Shown: positions 27,207 through 39,315 of the stretch, piece after piece
Layout of the letters: every line of letters starts with the position of its first letter
Position numbering within the stretch: position 1 is the first letter of the stretch
Assembly: GCF_006345805.1 (NCBI RefSeq)
Contig: NC_043011.1
Span: forward strand, 47,380,464-47,444,463
Reading direction: 5' to 3'
Source of the DNA: Octopus sinensis
Lineage: Eukaryota
DNA: 64,000 nucleotides
Position numbers and translations under genes: made by a program
The notes under the pieces: generated by a model
Database searches by the model: none
What the model saw: the letters and a program-made list of their open reading frames with translations, nothing else
What the model was told of the DNA's origin: nothing

Positions 27207-27232
27207 ACTTACCTGTAAATTAAAAAAAGACG
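27207..27232 (-). promoter_or_regulatory. Candidate recursive splice site, copy 2
   Basis: Minus strand reads ctcgtctttttttaatttacag|gtaagtg. Confidence 0.45.
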
Positions 27233-28427
27233 AGAATATGTATAAGTATATTATATCACTATGTAGATGTACACATGTAACGAGATCATTTCAACAAATA
27301 GAAGCAATTTCACTAAGAATAAAAATGCAAATCTCAAGCTATGAAATATATCTAAATATTTTTTAATGCTAGAAGTATTATAATAATTGTCATTCTTCTC
27401 CTTCTTATAATTATTTTCTTTTTGCTTATTATTAGATTACCTTTCATGCAATACTTTATTAATGATGTAAAAGAGTATAATTGTCATATCGATTAACTTT
27501 TGTTGAAGTTTAAATAACTTTTAACAATGAAACTTAACATGTGAAGTAAAATACGCCAACATAACTATAAAATGTTGTCTTTAGTTAATTTCCGTTTGGA
27601 GTTTTTCTCCACAAATAAAAGAATACAAGAAAACATGTATTCACAGCAGTATTGCTAGAATCATGTCAGACATCACTACTTCACAGCTCCGGAAAATATC
27701 CATTAACGGAGATGAAATAATAATGCAGAAAGGGAGAGGTAATCAGTGAGAATGTTAATGTTAGTTCATCTACACAAAACATTAACATGCCAAAGTTAAT
27801 TTTAATATCATTGTTCTTTGCTTAATACAAGGTATGTATTTATGGCTAACCTATACACAAATCACTAATTCACCAGCATTTTTTAAAGCATTCTAATGGA
27901 GCTCATATTAAAACCAGTGCAGACAATTTAGATATAGACAAAATAGAAACAAATATAGTACAATTTGGCACAATGCCTTTAAAGATGGAGAAACATATTT
28001 TGAATTTTCGGTATAATAAAAGCATGGAAAAAAATCAGTGGCCAATAAAAAAGGAAGGCAATTTGAATTGATATCAAGTGTTATTTGATAACCCAGAGAT
28101 AAGGAATAAAAGCACCTAAATGGTTTGGAAAGGAATAGCTTTCAATACTAAACATATACTTTATGGCTACTTACTTCCATCCTTTCCCTCCAAATATGTT
28201 AATATCTTTGTATATTAGACTTACTTCCATATATACACACACACACATATGTGTGTGTGTGTGTGTATGTGTGTATATATATATATATAAAAAAAAAACA
28301 CACGCATATACATATATACACACACATGTATACATATACACACACACATATATATCTATATACATATATACACACATATGCACATACTTATATACACATA
28401 TATAAACACATATATGTATGTGTATAC

Positions 28428-28460
<33 letters not shown>

Positions 28461-28599
28461 CATACACATACATATATGAAAGTTTTGGCTTTAAAACAAT
28501 TTTTGAACTTTTATGTATGTAGACAGACAAACCTACAGATGTATAAGATAGATTGATAGATATCTTAGAATAAAAATAGAACACTTAAAGGGAAGAATA

Positions 28600-29000
28600 T
28601 ATATTATGAAAATAGAAATATCAAACATTAAAAACAATGAAACTAAATCCACTGGAAGTATAAATCAGAAAGCTGGAAATGGCAGAAACCAAAATCGAAT
28701 AAAATGAATAAGAAATTCAAAAAAATCCCTACAAAACTATAAGAGGCCAACAAAAGCAAAACCTAATTATATCAATGCAGTTTGGAATATAACCGAATAT
28801 GGAAAAATCTGACAGAAGAAAGATCATACACTAAATATTCCATTGGAAGTTGTAAGTGACTCTTGTAAACAATTTCAAATGTAGAAACTCCAAAATCGTT
28901 TTTGATAGCACTGAAGATGCCCAGCAGAAAAAAAAGTTGTAATGTCAATTCCAGAAGTATGGTAAAGTACATAATCAAATGACGAACAGTATTTCATCTG
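28600..29000 (+). pseudogene. Decayed non-LTR retrotransposon RT-proximal relic (possibly R4/Dong-like)
   Basis: Fragments KNPYKTIRG, INAVWNITEY, LEVVSDSCKQFQMxK resemble the region before the KAPG motif; many stops. Confidence 0.3.
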
Positions 29001-29202
29001 GGAATTCTATTATTTTTTTTCTACCGATAGTCAATTTGGTTGTCACTGGAAGTAAAACATGACTTGGTAAGCTAAGCAGCATGCCGTATAATTTTGTTCT
29101 TGGGTTAAGTGCAGATGTAGTCACATGCATATGCAGATACTTTTTCAGCTCCTTGTACCGTGATCTGTTAGAAACTCCAAAATAAGGAGTTTCCAAAACA
29201 AG

Positions 29203-29640
29203 GCGGCGAGCTGGCAGAATCGTTAGCACGCTGGGCGAAATGCTTAGCGGTATTTCATCTGCCACTTAGCGGTATTTCGTCTGCGTTACGTTGTGAGTTC
29301 AAATTCCGCCAAGGTCGACTTTGCCTTTCATCCTTTCGGGGTCGATAAATTAAGACCAGTTACGCACTGGGGTCGATGTAATCGACTTAATACCTATGTC
29401 TGTCCTTGTTTGTCCCCTCTGTGTTTAGCCCCCTTGTGGGAAATAAAGAAATAGGTATTTCATCTGCCGCTATGTTCTGAGTTCAAATTCCGCCAAGGTC
29501 GACTTTGCCTTTCATCCTTTCAGGGTCAATTACATAAGTACCAGTTACGCCCTGGGGTCAATATAATCAACTTAATCCGTTTGTCTGTCCTTGTTTGTCC
29601 CCTCTGTGTTTAGCCCCTTGTGGGCAATAAAGAAATAAGA
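29203..29640 (+). mobile_element. SINE family B dimer with 17-bp TSD
   Basis: agaaactccaaaataag occurs on both sides. Confidence 0.88.
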
Positions 29641-29891
29641 AACTCCAAAATAAGATAATTTTACTTCTACCATATTTTACTAACCCTGGAAGGATGAAAA
29701 GCAAAGCCGATCTTGGCGGAATTCAAATTCAGAGTGGTAACATTTAGATCAAATGACACATGACTTTTGCCCAGCATTGAACAATTATGTTACTTTTTCA
29801 CCTTCATGTAATAATAATAATAACGATGATGATGATAATATTGATGATGATGATGACAATAACAACAACAATGATAAAAATAATAGTATTG

Positions 29892-29940
<49 letters not shown>

Positions 29941-30107
29941 TAAATTTTTATTCGAAAGGAACAATTAAGAATTTAAGATCAAAAACTATTTTCCAAGACT
30001 TCTCTAAGTCTGGAATCTTGTAAATATATCAAAAGCAATGACAATGCCTGGTTACCAATTTAAGAGATGAACAAAATGAGCAGTTTCAGACCATAAATGA
30101 ATGCATA

Positions 30108-30157
<50 letters not shown>

Positions 30158-30898
30158 TACATACATACTACATACATACATACATATATATAGACACACA
30201 CACCTATATATATATATATATATATATATATAAGATAGATAGATAGAAAGATAGATAGATAAAAAAATAGGTATTCAATCATCTTGTATAGGAGAAAGAG
30301 ATATTTCTAGTTATCTAATAATGTATTTAATATATATGTTTATTGAACATATCTAAAATAGAGATAAAAACATTGTGCTTCATGTTATGTGATATAATTG
30401 AAAGTTATTTTTATTGATGTAACTGATATTTTTATTGAAAGTTTTGGATTCAGTACTCTATTATACACATACGACTATCTTTATATGCATATATACATAT
30501 ACAGCTATATCTGTGTGTAATACTCTCTCAAACAGACGCACAAATAGATGCATGCATGCACAAGATTTTCGCCATTATCATGTCCCCTACAATTTAAGCT
30601 GCTATGCTATATATTTAGAGCACATAGTTTATTCATAGCTGGAGAAGCTTAAGGGATTCATAAAAGTATTGTTTGAAACGTTGATTGATATTTATGTGTA
30701 TTATTTCTTTATTTCCAGATTAGCAGTGTTGTTTCATATAAATATAAATAGAAACAGATGACATAGAGAAATAACAGAGTGTCACAATATTAAGTTGCCT
30801 TACATATATATATATACATACACACACATATATGTTAATATATAAATACATACATGCACACCTAAAAGTGCATATATGTTAACATATACATACACAGA

Positions 30899-30958
<60 letters not shown>

Positions 30959-31204
30959 CATACACGGGGGTGCTGAAAAATTCCCGGCTTTAAGCTTATC
31001 ATGAAGGGCCTGGTTAGTGGCTCAAAAGTCAGAGTTCTTTTACACGGCTTAGAAAAACTGAAGGATTGCTATAATGAATGTGTGAACCTGAGAGGGAAAT
31101 ATTATATATATATAAATATATACACAGACATACACACACATATATGTTAATATATAAATACATACATGCAGACCTAAAAGTATATATATGTTAACATATA
31201 TATA

Positions 31205-31660
31205 CTGGAATCTGTTCAGAGATGTGCAACCAAATGCATACCCTCCATCAGACACCTACCATATTCTGAGCGCCTTGTTTCCCTGGGCATGGATTCACTG
31301 AAGCTCCGGCGTCTGGTGATGGACTTGGTAAACACCCACAAAGTTATCAACCACCTCACCAACAACAACACTGAACACCTTTTTGATCTCCATGTGTCTA
31401 ACACATGTGGACATGCCTACAAAGTCAGAAAACAACACAGCTCCCATGACTTTCGGAAACATTTCTTCACGCTCAGAGTTGCTGAAGCATGGAATAAACT
31501 GCCTGCGTCAGTTGTTGACTGCCATGACACTGCATCCTTTAAGGCCCTCATGCTTTCCGAAATCCGTCGAAACTACACCTGATTATATATGCACTTTAGA
31601 TGAGTTGTAGTGCACCTGAGCACTGTACACAATGTTTATTATTATTATTATTATTATTAT
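31205..31660 (+). mobile_element. 5'-truncated CR1/L2-type LINE 3' end
   Basis: ORF 31289-31582, LRRLVMDL...NTCGHAYKVRKQHSSHDFRKHFFTLRVAEAWNKLP, is the typical CR1 C-terminus; (ATT)n tail. Confidence 0.85.
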
Positions 31661-31673
31661 ATACATACACAGA

Positions 31674-31715
<42 letters not shown>

Positions 31716-31719
31716 ATAC

Positions 31720-31883
31720 AAGGGGGTGCTGAAAAGTTCCTGGCTTTAAGCTTATCATAAAGGGCCTGGTTAGTGGCTCAAAAGGACCACTGTAATAAAT
31801 GTGTGAATATATTGCAGAAAGTCATAATTAACTGAACCTCCTGTATTTTCTTTTACCCAAAGCCAGGAACATTCCAGCACCCA
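31720..31883. mobile_element. Mariner-type MITE (a partial second copy lies near 30965-31030)
   Basis: TIRs gggtgctgaaaagttcctggcttt and aaagccaggaacattccagcaccc; left end next to (TA)n. Confidence 0.7.
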
Positions 31884-32045
31884 CAAGGTGTGTGTATGTG
31901 TGTGTATAGGCATGGATGTATGCTAACTGAATTTGTTTCATAACTGTATGGTTTCAAATTCTGTGCACTAAATGGTACCTTGGGCAAGAGATAACAGTGT
32001 TTGGCTCATGAATAAAACGCCATGAGGTTTGATTCTTATAGATGC

Positions 32046-32212
32046 AGGAGTGGCTATGTGGTAAGTAGCTTGCTTACCAACTACATGGTTCCAAGTTAAT
32101 TCCCACTGTGTGGCACCTTGGGCAAGTGTCTTCTACTATAGCTTCAGGCCGACCAAAACCTTGTGAATGGATTTGGCAGATGGAAACTGAAAGAAGCCTG
32201 TTGTATGTATAT

Positions 32213-32265
<53 letters not shown>

Positions 32266-32425
32266 GTATGTGTGTGTATATGTTTGTGTGTCTGTGTTTG
32301 TCATCCTAGCATCGCTTGACAACCGATGCCGGTGTGCTTACATCCCCGTAACTTAGCAGTTCAGCAAAAAGAGACCGATAGCATAAGTACTAGGCTTACA
32401 AGGAATAAGTCCTGGGGTCGATTTG
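32046..32425 (+). mobile_element. SINE family A lacking the extreme tail
   Basis: ggagtggctatgtggtaagtagcttgc head, body colinear. Confidence 0.85.
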
Positions 32426-32727
32426 CAGGCAAAAACATGGGTATAAAATGGGGTGGTGGAAAGCAGTGACACAGTGAGCAGGGCAGTGAGGGCAGGGAAG
32501 GGGAGTGGGAGACAATCATAGTGTATGAAGAAGAAATGAGAGGAAGAGAAAGATGCAGTTTACAAGAGGAGATGTAGTTTGATTCCTTGGGATAGGGTGT
32601 GTGAAACATATATACACACACATACACAAAGTAATGAAGGGAATTTTGTATAAAAATATCTTTTCTGTTATTTTATTATAAAAAATATCTATTCTCTTAT
32701 TTGTTAAACAGAAAATATATGGCTGAC

Positions 32728-32765
<38 letters not shown>

Positions 32766-33109
32766 ATAGAGAGGGAGAGAAAGAGAGTATGTGTGCGCAT
32801 GTGTATATATGTGTATACATGCACACATACATGCTAAGAGAAGGAAGAAATAAATGGCATATCAGAAATGATTTATGCTGTTGTGAAATATGGGTTATGC
32901 TGCGTTGTGAAATAAAGAGCAACCCTACCCAAAGTCTTTGCCTCCACTGCATCTTACAACACATTATTACACACAGACACACATCGTATTCATATGTATT
33001 ACATATAAACATTATATATGATATATTTGTGTATAGATTGTGAAGAAGCAAATGTATAAAAAAAAATAAATTTAATTTGTACAAATTGACACATGTATAA
33101 TAATGAATT

Positions 33110-33560
33110 GATACAAATGCAGAAGGAAAAATGATTGAGGAATTTACCCTAAATGCAAAAGATATGCATTATCACAAAGTGAAACAGCATTACAGAAATA
33201 ATGAAAGAATTTGAAATGAAGCTATTTGCATCACAGCAAGAGAGATAATTCCTGAAATTGGATTTGTTAAATAGATTTGTTAAAAAATATTTGTTAAAAT
33301 TTCATATTAAAATCTTTGAAATGAAACACTTTTCTTGATGATATTCACTAATTTTGAATTTTAAGCATAAAACACAGATACTTTAGAGAAATGTTTTTCT
33401 ATAAATTGTATGTTTGCTGAATGGAATGGAAATATGTGAATATCAGTGGAAAAAATTATATCCTCTAATCATGGTGTGTGCAAAGAAAATTGGAACATCT
33501 TTATAAAAATGACAGGGTAACAGTACTCAGCCTACCAAAATTTGATTCCGAGTTAAAATG
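33110..33560 (+). pseudogene. Decayed hAT (Charlie/Buster-like) transposase relic
   Basis: NSITEIMKEFEMKLFASQQ and QWKKLYPLIMVCAKKI resemble hAT C-terminal segments; many stops. Confidence 0.3.
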
Positions 33561-33712
33561 CTACCAATATTGTCTTTTAGACAATAAGATTTCTACAATG
33601 TATTATACCTGATCCAAATTGACTATTCATTATTTGCTTAACTCTTATGGTACATCACACTCTGGTAACAGCTGTAAATGGCATCAGCAGGCCAAAATAC
33701 GCCACTCTGTGA

Positions 33713-33992
33713 TAGTGGTTCCCAAAGTGGGCACTATTGTGACCCCTGGAGTTGGTGGAAAGTTCCAAGGGAGCACTGAAAAAAAGTCAGGCGATAATGG
33801 GAGAGCGATTCGTGTAAAAAGTGGGGTGATAATAATGGGTTCATTAGGTTAAGTTTTATTTGTGAAATATAGTTGCTTTGAATTTGCTTCAGGAAGAGGT
33901 CCATGTTTGCGGTGGTTAGTTGGGGTGGGGGCACTAGGAATGTGACCTGGGTGTCAAGGGGGTGGCAGCCTGTAAAAGTTTGGAAACCACTG
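33713..33992. mobile_element. hAT-family MITE
   Basis: TIRs tagtggttcccaaa and tttggaaaccactg; 8-bp TSD ctctgtga (33705-33712) and ctctatga (33993-34000). Confidence 0.8.
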
Positions 33993-34064
33993 CTCTATGA
34001 TGTCTTGGATATTGAACTGTATTGTTCATGTTTATTATGTTCTAAAAATTAATTCTCTCTTTTT

Positions 34065-34480
34065 ACTCATTTACTCTCTTACTTGTTTCAGTCATTTGAC
34101 TGTGGCCATGCTGGAGCACCGCCTTTAATCGAGCAAATCGACCCCAGGACTTATTCTTTGGATGCCTAGTACTTATTCTATCGATCTCTTTTGCTGAACT
34201 GCTGAGTTACAGGGACGTAAACACACCAGCAATCGGTTGTCAAGCGATGTTGGGGGGGGGTACAAACACAGACACACAAACAAACATATACACACACACA
34301 TATATATGCATATATACGATGGGCTTCTTTCAGTTTCCGTCTACCAAATGCACTCACATGGCTTTGGTTGGCCCGAGGCTCCAGTAGAAGACACTTGCCC
34401 AAGGTGCCACGCAGTGGGACTGAACCCAGAACAATGTGATTCATAAGGAAGCTACTTACCACACAGCCACTCCTACGCCT
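34065..34480 (-). mobile_element. SINE family A, full length
   Basis: Colinear from tail to head. Confidence 0.9.
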
Positions 34481-35074
34481 ATTATTATTTATCCTTCAAA
34501 AGTCGATAAAATCAATACCAGTTATATACTGGGAACAGATTGAGGATATTTGAAAAAAAAGTTAGGATGGTCACAGTAGAAATTTTTTGATCATAGACCT
34601 GTATAACCAATGAGGACACTGGGCTAAAATGAACAAGAACTATATTCAGGTAGAAGAAACGCACAAACTCTGTTTTAGTGTAACTCAACATTATCTCAAC
34701 ATTAATACAACCCAAGCTAAGAGTAAATATAAACCAGACAAACTTGCACTGAATAAACTGTGTTTACAGTGAACTCCAGCAATGTATATTTTGTTATTAA
34801 TGGTAATGATGCCGTCATATCGCCACTCTTTGTATAAAGAGTAGTCTTTGGATGAAGGCACTTAAAGCTCAGTCCTTCCAACGATGTCTTCTAATTCATT
34901 CTATACTATTTTTCTGTTTTTTTAACTTGTTGAAAGTTAGTCAACACAATAAATGTAACTATGAAATGACCAAGGAGATATTGTCTTAGATTACCTGTGC
35001 AAATATCTTCCGTCGAAATCAACTGCAGACACTTTATTGAAAATATCCGAGCATTATACATAAGTAAGTTCAAG

Positions 35075-35490
35075 GTGGCGAGCTGGCAGAAACGTTAGCG
35101 CACCGAGCAAAATGCTTAGCGGTATTTCATCTCATTACGTTCTGAGTTCAAATTCCGCCGAGGTCGACGTTACATTTCATCCTTTCAGGGTCGATAAAAT
35201 AAAGTACCAGTTTCGTACTGGGGTCAATGTAATCGACTTAATCCATTTCTCTGTCCTTGTTTGTCCCTTCTGTGTTTAGCCCCTTGTGGGTAGTAAAGAA
35301 AGAGGTATTTCGTCTGTCATTACGTTCTGGGTTCAAATTCCACCGAGGTCGACTTTGCCTTTTATCCTTTCAGGGTCGATAAATTAACTACCAGTTATGC
35401 ACTGGGGCCAATGTAATCGACTTAATACTTTTGTCTGTCCTTGTTTGTCCCCGCTATGTTTAGCTCCTTGTGGGCAGCAAAGAAATATAT
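35075..35490 (+). mobile_element. SINE family B dimer
   Basis: TSD-like ataagtaagt flanks; same dimer junction as other copies. Confidence 0.87.
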
Positions 35491-35689
35491 ATATAAGTAA
35501 GTCTAAATGCCTCAGTTCACAAAGCTTTGTGAAATAAAATCAACATTTGGGATCATCTTCTCATGCTAGACTTATCATCCTACCTTATATTAAACATTAT
35601 AAACTCATCAGCCAAGATGCTTTTATAATATTTTCTTTTGGTTAACATTTTTAAGTTATAATGTTTCCTTTAGGTTAATGTTTCCTTAA

Positions 35690-36090
35690 CTCTTTTACTC
35701 TCTTACTTGTTTCAGCCATGTGACTGTGGCCATGCTGGAGCACTGCCTTTAGTCGAGCAAATCAACCCCAGGACTTATTCTGTGCAAGCCTAGTACTTAT
35801 TCTATCAGTTTCTTTTGACGAACCACTAAGTTACGGGGACGTAAACACACCACCATCGGTTATGCTAGGGGGACAAACACAGACATACAAACATATACAC
35901 ACACATACATATATATATACATATATACGACAGGCTTCTTTCAGTTTCCGTCAACCAAATCCACTCACAATGCTTTGGTCGGCCCAAGGCTATAGTAGAA
36001 GACACTTGCCCAAGGTGCCACGCAATGGGACTTTACTCGGAACCATGTGGTTTGTGAGCAAGCTACTTACCACACAGCCACTCCTATGCC
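35690..36090 (-). mobile_element. SINE family A
   Basis: Colinear, near full length. Confidence 0.88.
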
Positions 36091-36182
36091 TTTAGGTTAA
36101 CATTTCCTTTAGGTTAACATTTAGGTTCCCTTATAGTTCTTTTATGTTGAAAAAAAATATATATTTTCCTTACAAGCTTTAT

Positions 36183-36319
36183 CTATGAAAATCCATTACA
36201 ACTAACTATCACCAAGTTGCTGTAACTAAAGTCATAATTTCTCTCAATGTTACCTGCACTGATACAATTATCATTCCATTCTTCATTATCAATTAATGAT
36301 ATCAATAAATCTATATATG
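36183..36319 (-). CDS. Candidate coding exon of unknown product (xYIDLLISLIDNEEWNDNCISAGNIERNYDFSYSNLVIVSCNGFS*); may instead end at the internal donor at 36254
   Basis: Strong acceptor gttgtgtaattttttctag, open frame, and a paralog at 37324-37457 with frame-preserving indels. Confidence 0.35.
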
Positions 36320-36667
36320 CTAGAAAAAATTACACAACTGTTTAATTTTAAGATTTTTGCATTGTAATTAGAATAGGCTTCCTAAGTGATTAAAGTGATT
36401 TAATGAAGGCAGTTTGGATTTCTTAATTAGTTGATATTTATTATTTAAATTATTTCCTCATTAGTTATCAGTGCTTTCAATTCCACAAGTTTACTGTAAT
36501 TCGTTAAGAAAATATGTTCAGGCTTTGATATGCTTTTGCTCCTCGTTACACAAATGTCTCATCCCTTATCTATAGCCCATGTCTGCTTTACTCAAACTAC
36601 ACTACAAAAGTTGATGACTGCACACTCAGATTCCCCTTTTTCTGCCTGTTTCTGTTCCTGCCTGGAT

Positions 36668-36870
36668 CATCATTATCATCATCATCATCATCATCGTTTA
36701 ACGTCTACTTTCCATGCTAGCATAGGTTGGACGATTTGACTGAGAACCAGATGGCTGCACCAGGCTCCAATCTTGATCTGGCAGAGTTTCTACAGCTGGA
36801 TGCCCTTCTTAAGGCCAACCACTCCGAGAGTGTAGGGTGCTTTTATGTGCCACTAGCATGAGGGCCAGTC
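36668..36870 (-). mobile_element. Family D RTE-like tail element
   Basis: (cat)n cgtttaacgtctactttccatgctagc...ctggatgccctt. Confidence 0.8.
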
Positions 36871-36881
36871 AGAAACCTCTA

Positions 36882-37115
36882 GGTGGCGAGCTGGCAGAAA
36901 CGCTAGTACACTGGGCGAAATGCCAAGTGATATTTTGTCTGCCGTTACGTTCTGAGTTCAAATTCTGCCAAGGTCGATTTTGCCTTTCATCCTTTCAGGG
37001 TCGATAAATTAAGTATCAGATATGCACTGGGGTCGATCTAATCGACTTAATCCCTTTGTCTGTCCTTGTTTATCTCCTCTATGTTTAGCTCCTTGTGGAC
37101 AATAAAGAAATAAGA
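36882..37115 (+). mobile_element. SINE family B monomer with 13-bp TSD
   Basis: agaaacctctagg on both sides. Confidence 0.9.
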
Positions 37116-37323
37116 AACCTCTAGGCAAGTGGCTGACATGATCCCGTTAAGCATATCTTCCCACAATCAACTAACTTTGTGAAATCGAATCAAGTTTTGG
37201 GAATGTCATCCAATGCTAAAATTAACATATTATCTCTCAAAGAATGTTGTAAAAACAACAGCAAAGTCCCTCAAAGTTCCCTCAGGGCTGAAAAAATATT
37301 TCATTTTCCCTTGTAAGCTTGAT

Positions 37324-37457
37324 CTATGACAGTTCCAACCATCCATTGCAGCTCACTATAACCAAGTCTCTGTAACTAAAGTCATAACTTCTAATGTTAC
37401 TCGCACTAGTACAACTATTGTTCCATTCTTCATATTCTTCGTTATCAATTAATGATT
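37324..37457 (-). CDS. Candidate coding exon, paralog of 36183-36319 (SLIDNEEYEEWNNSCTSASNIRSYDFSYRDLVIVSCNGWLELS*)
   Basis: Open frame (ORF 37324-37518); synonymous-rich divergence from the paralog; acceptor uncertain. Confidence 0.3.
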
Positions 37458-37667
37458 CTACAGCCTCAAATAATAGCCCTTCGGCTGTTCTACAGCAGTT
37501 CAGACAAGACACACACAATCTACATCACTGAAATAAATCACCCACCCCTGTAAACAAAATGACTATTACCCAGTACTTTTACCCTGGAATGCCTTTAAGT
37601 TGCTCACAAGCACATTCTAGCCTTAAGCCTACGAGCATTGTCTCCTTCTTGTCTTTTTTACTGATAG

Positions 37668-37828
37668 GCGTAGGAGTGGCAATGTGGTAAGTAGCTTGCT
37701 TACGAACCACATGGTTCCAGGTTCAGTCCCACTGAGTGGCACCTTGGACAAGTGTCTTCTACTATAGCCTTGGGCTGACCAGAGCCTTGTGAGTGGATTT
37801 GGTAGACAGAAACTGAAAAAAGCCCGTC

Positions 37829-37860
<32 letters not shown>

Positions 37861-38255
37861 GTGTGTGTGTGTGTATATGTTTGTATGTCTATGTTTGTTC
37901 CCCCAACAGCACTTGACAACCAATGCTGGTGTTTTTACGTCCTCGTAACTTAGCGGTTCGGCAAAAGAGACTGATGGAATAAGTACTAGGCTTACAAAGA
38001 ATAAGTCCCGGAGTCGATTTACACGACTAAAAGCAGTGCTCCAGAACTACTGTAAGAGGGAGGGAAGACACTGAATTGAGATACATCCAATCAACCCATG
38101 TCATCATGGAAAAGCAGACATAAGCTGATGATGATAAAGATAATGACAACTATGATGATGATGATCATTACTCTAACATATTTTATAATCATAGCTAATA
38201 CAAAAGGTCATAGATTGTACAGTCATATGACTGAAACAAGTAAAAGAGAGATATT
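37668..38255 (+). mobile_element. SINE family A with an insert of about 178 bp in its tail
   Basis: Tail split as gcagtgctccag [insert] cagtcatatgactgaaacaagtaaaagag. Confidence 0.85.
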
Positions 38256-39056
38256 ACAATTGTCTCTGCTCTTCAGAGCTGGTCTCATTCCACCTCTACT
38301 CAAACACTCCAATCTCAATTGCTAGTTTTCGTCTCTTCACCACGTTGCATCTCTGAGATCCACCCAACATTTGTCAGCAAAGGAAAATTGAGCATAAATT
38401 GATGATGACGATGATGATGAGAAGGAAGAGGTGGCGTGGGTGGGGGACAGTGGAGGTGGTGGTGATGGTCATAATGATAATGTTGTAAAGAGGAAAGGGA
38501 AAATAAGAGAAATGGCAGATTGCCAAACTAATTGAATTATCATGGACTCTTTAGTTTAATGTGACAAAGCTTGGAGTTCGATTTCCTCATAAAATAGCTA
38601 ATACAGTTCCAGGTGATGGGTTTTATACAAGGGAAGTGAAGACTAGATTGGTATGGACTGTTGATGGCTGTGTAAAATGGGAAAATTGAGTGAAAAACTG
38701 TCAAAGAATGCAACTGGAATGAGATTGTCAAGGAGAAAGGTGAAACAAAATGTGTCCAAAAATGGTCAAGTCTGGCCTAAAAATGCTAGATCTCTTGATA
38801 AAGATGACAAAGAACTACTGTAAGAGGGAGGGAAGACACTGAATTGAGATACATCCAGTCAACCCATGCCATCATGGAAAAGCAGACATAAGCCGATGAT
38901 GATAAAGATGATGACAACTATGATGATGATGATCATTACTCTAACAAATTTTATAATCATAGCTAACACAAAAGGCCATAGATTGTACAATTTTTAAGGT
39001 GAAATGTCAGCGATTAATAAGGCAGCATTAGCAATGTGTTTGCTGTGAGGCATTAC

Positions 39057-39276
39057 TCTCTTTACTCTTTTACTTGTTTCAGTCATTTGACTGCAGCCAT
39101 GCTGGAGCACCACCTTTAGTCGAACACATCGACCCCGAGACTTATTCTTTGTAAGCCCAGTACTTATTCTATTGGTCTCTTCTGCCGAACCGCTAAGTTA
39201 CTGGGACATAAATACACCAACATCGGTTGTCAAGCAATGCTAGGGGAACAAACACAGACACACAAACATACACACA

Positions 39277-39315
<39 letters not shown>

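Larger units (their letters stand above)
26600..27369. repeat. Diverged direct duplication of about 245 bp (26600-26843 and 27122-27369) separated by a family C SINE
   Basis: Colinear copies share an identical 28-nt block, ttcacttacctgtaaattaaaaaaagac. Confidence 0.9.
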
